Shown in pieces: positions 18,908-20,000 of a DNA stretch of 20,000 nt; within the stretch, counting starts at the first letter, position 1, and the number at the start of each line of letters is the position of its first letter. The stretch is from assembly GCA_002245135.1 (NCBI GenBank), contig NGBS01000021.1, forward strand, positions 123,746 to 143,745, read 5' to 3'. This DNA is from Proteromonas lacertae. Its lineage: Eukaryota. The notes beneath the pieces were generated by a model. It was not told where the DNA came from, did not search any database, and worked only from the letters and a program-made list of their open reading frames with translations. The position numbers and the translations under genes are program-made.

Positions 18908-20000
18908 AGAATGCTATTTTTAATAATTGATAAATCATTGATTGAAATAACAATAACAATATAATAACTATAATTGAAATAGTTGTTTATTTTTTCATTA
19001 AAATTGTTTGTAAACATATTTTGTATTTCTTTTAAATCTTTTTCTTCAGCTGTGTGTTTAATAGTATAGTATACAAGATCAAATACCTTATCTGATATAA
19101 TTCCATATTGATTCTTATTTATTTCATGAAAATCAATAAATGAATATTTCACCATATAATGACATAATGTACTATCAAATGAATGTATTTATGGAAGAAT
19201 TATCATTATTAATAGTATCTTTTACAGGCTGCATAAGATATTTCATTAAAAATTCCTTATATCCAACACCACTTATTATTCTTTTTATACCTAGTGAATA
19301 TAATTCATCCCAATAATCTTTACCATAACAAACACTATAAATTGCTGAATAAATAGATATGTCTTGGAACATTTCCATATTTACTATTACATTTATTAAT
19401 TATAATTGATTCTTGCAATTTAGTTGATAAGATTTTCTTTCCCATTCTAAAATTTCTTCATTACAAATACATCCATATAATAATAAATCCTATTAATATC
19501 ATCACCTGGATCATAAAAATGTTTATAATTCTTATCATCTGGTGAAGTAACATAATAATATAATTGGAGCTTTTGCAATTGTTACATTTAAGTTATATGA
19601 ATCGGATATAGCTATGTCAGAATATTTTTTGTCATCAGGAGTTGCTAGATGTACATCTTCTCCTTTAAATTTATATTTATTGTTACCATTATCATCTGAA
19701 CTTTTAAATATTGATGCTTCAACTAGATCTTCAAGGTTCAAGCCAATTATCTTTTGTTTGAGTGTGTTATTCAATTCAGTGATCATCTTCAACAAAAATA
19801 TTATAAAGGAGGTTTTACCACATCCTGGATTTCCTCTTAATAAAATCTTGTAATACTCACCAGATTTGAAATCTTTCTCATCATTTAATATTCGGATTCT
19901 TTTCTTTAAACAATTATCCTTCACATCTTTTAAAAGTTCATTCTTATCTTTCTCTACATCATATTCTCTAATCTTAGATATTTTGTTACCTTCCTCTTCA
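18904..20000 (-). pseudogene. Crinkler/RHS (retrotransposon-hot-spot)-like P-loop NTPase, frameshifted, 5' end outside the window
   Basis: Walker A ILLRGNPGCGKTSFIIFLL. Across frames it continues VTSPDDKNYKHF, YYYMDVF.NEEILE and KYGNVPRHI, the ordered motifs I recall from CRN/RHS-associated NTPase modules. At least four frame changes between ~19560 and ~19175; no introns evident. Confidence 0.6.

Noticed and set aside
1..20000. Stop codons completed by polyadenylation (a known Blastocystis feature)
   Set aside because: Every gene whose 3' end lies in the window has a genomic TAA, TAG or TGA. None needs poly(A) to terminate.
1..20000. CRISPR arrays, tRNA/rRNA genes, prokaryotic operon signals, telomeric repeats
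   Set aside because: No regularly spaced repeat-spacer units, cloverleaf or rRNA-like segments, or tandem telomere arrays were seen. The locus is a spliceosomal-intron-containing eukaryotic region.

Overview
Very AT-rich, gene-dense eukaryotic nuclear DNA with tiny (26-43 nt) GT-AG introns, minor-spliceosome (U12-type) introns and TGTTTGTT-like motifs just downstream of stop codons. This combination suggests a Blastocystis-like stramenopile (inference). In order, the window holds: the 5' end of a secreted EGF-repeat gene (-); an intronless fucosyltransferase-like gene (+); a complete 2704-bp hAT DNA transposon with an 8-bp TSD and a disabled transposase; an NT5DC/cN-II-type 5'-nucleotidase (-, 8 introns, two U12-type); STI1/HOP (-); a PDZ-RGS-RGS-DENN gene (+, one U12-type intron); RPL31 (-); an RBBP6/Mpe1 homologue (+); a pseudokinase-LRR gene ending in a small domain resembling Wolbachia/Anaplasmataceae hypothetical proteins (+); and a frameshifted Crinkler/RHS-like P-loop NTPase (-, runs off the window). 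The main highlights are three U12-type introns (AT-AC, plus one apparently AT-AA), a host-adapted hAT with atypical CTGGG termini, two unusual domain architectures, and a 20-bp-phased C-run array in the RPL31/RBBP6 divergent promoter. Single-base indels in the last ~2 kb may be assembly errors. All gene models were spliced by hand, and family calls rest on recalled motifs rather than database searches.
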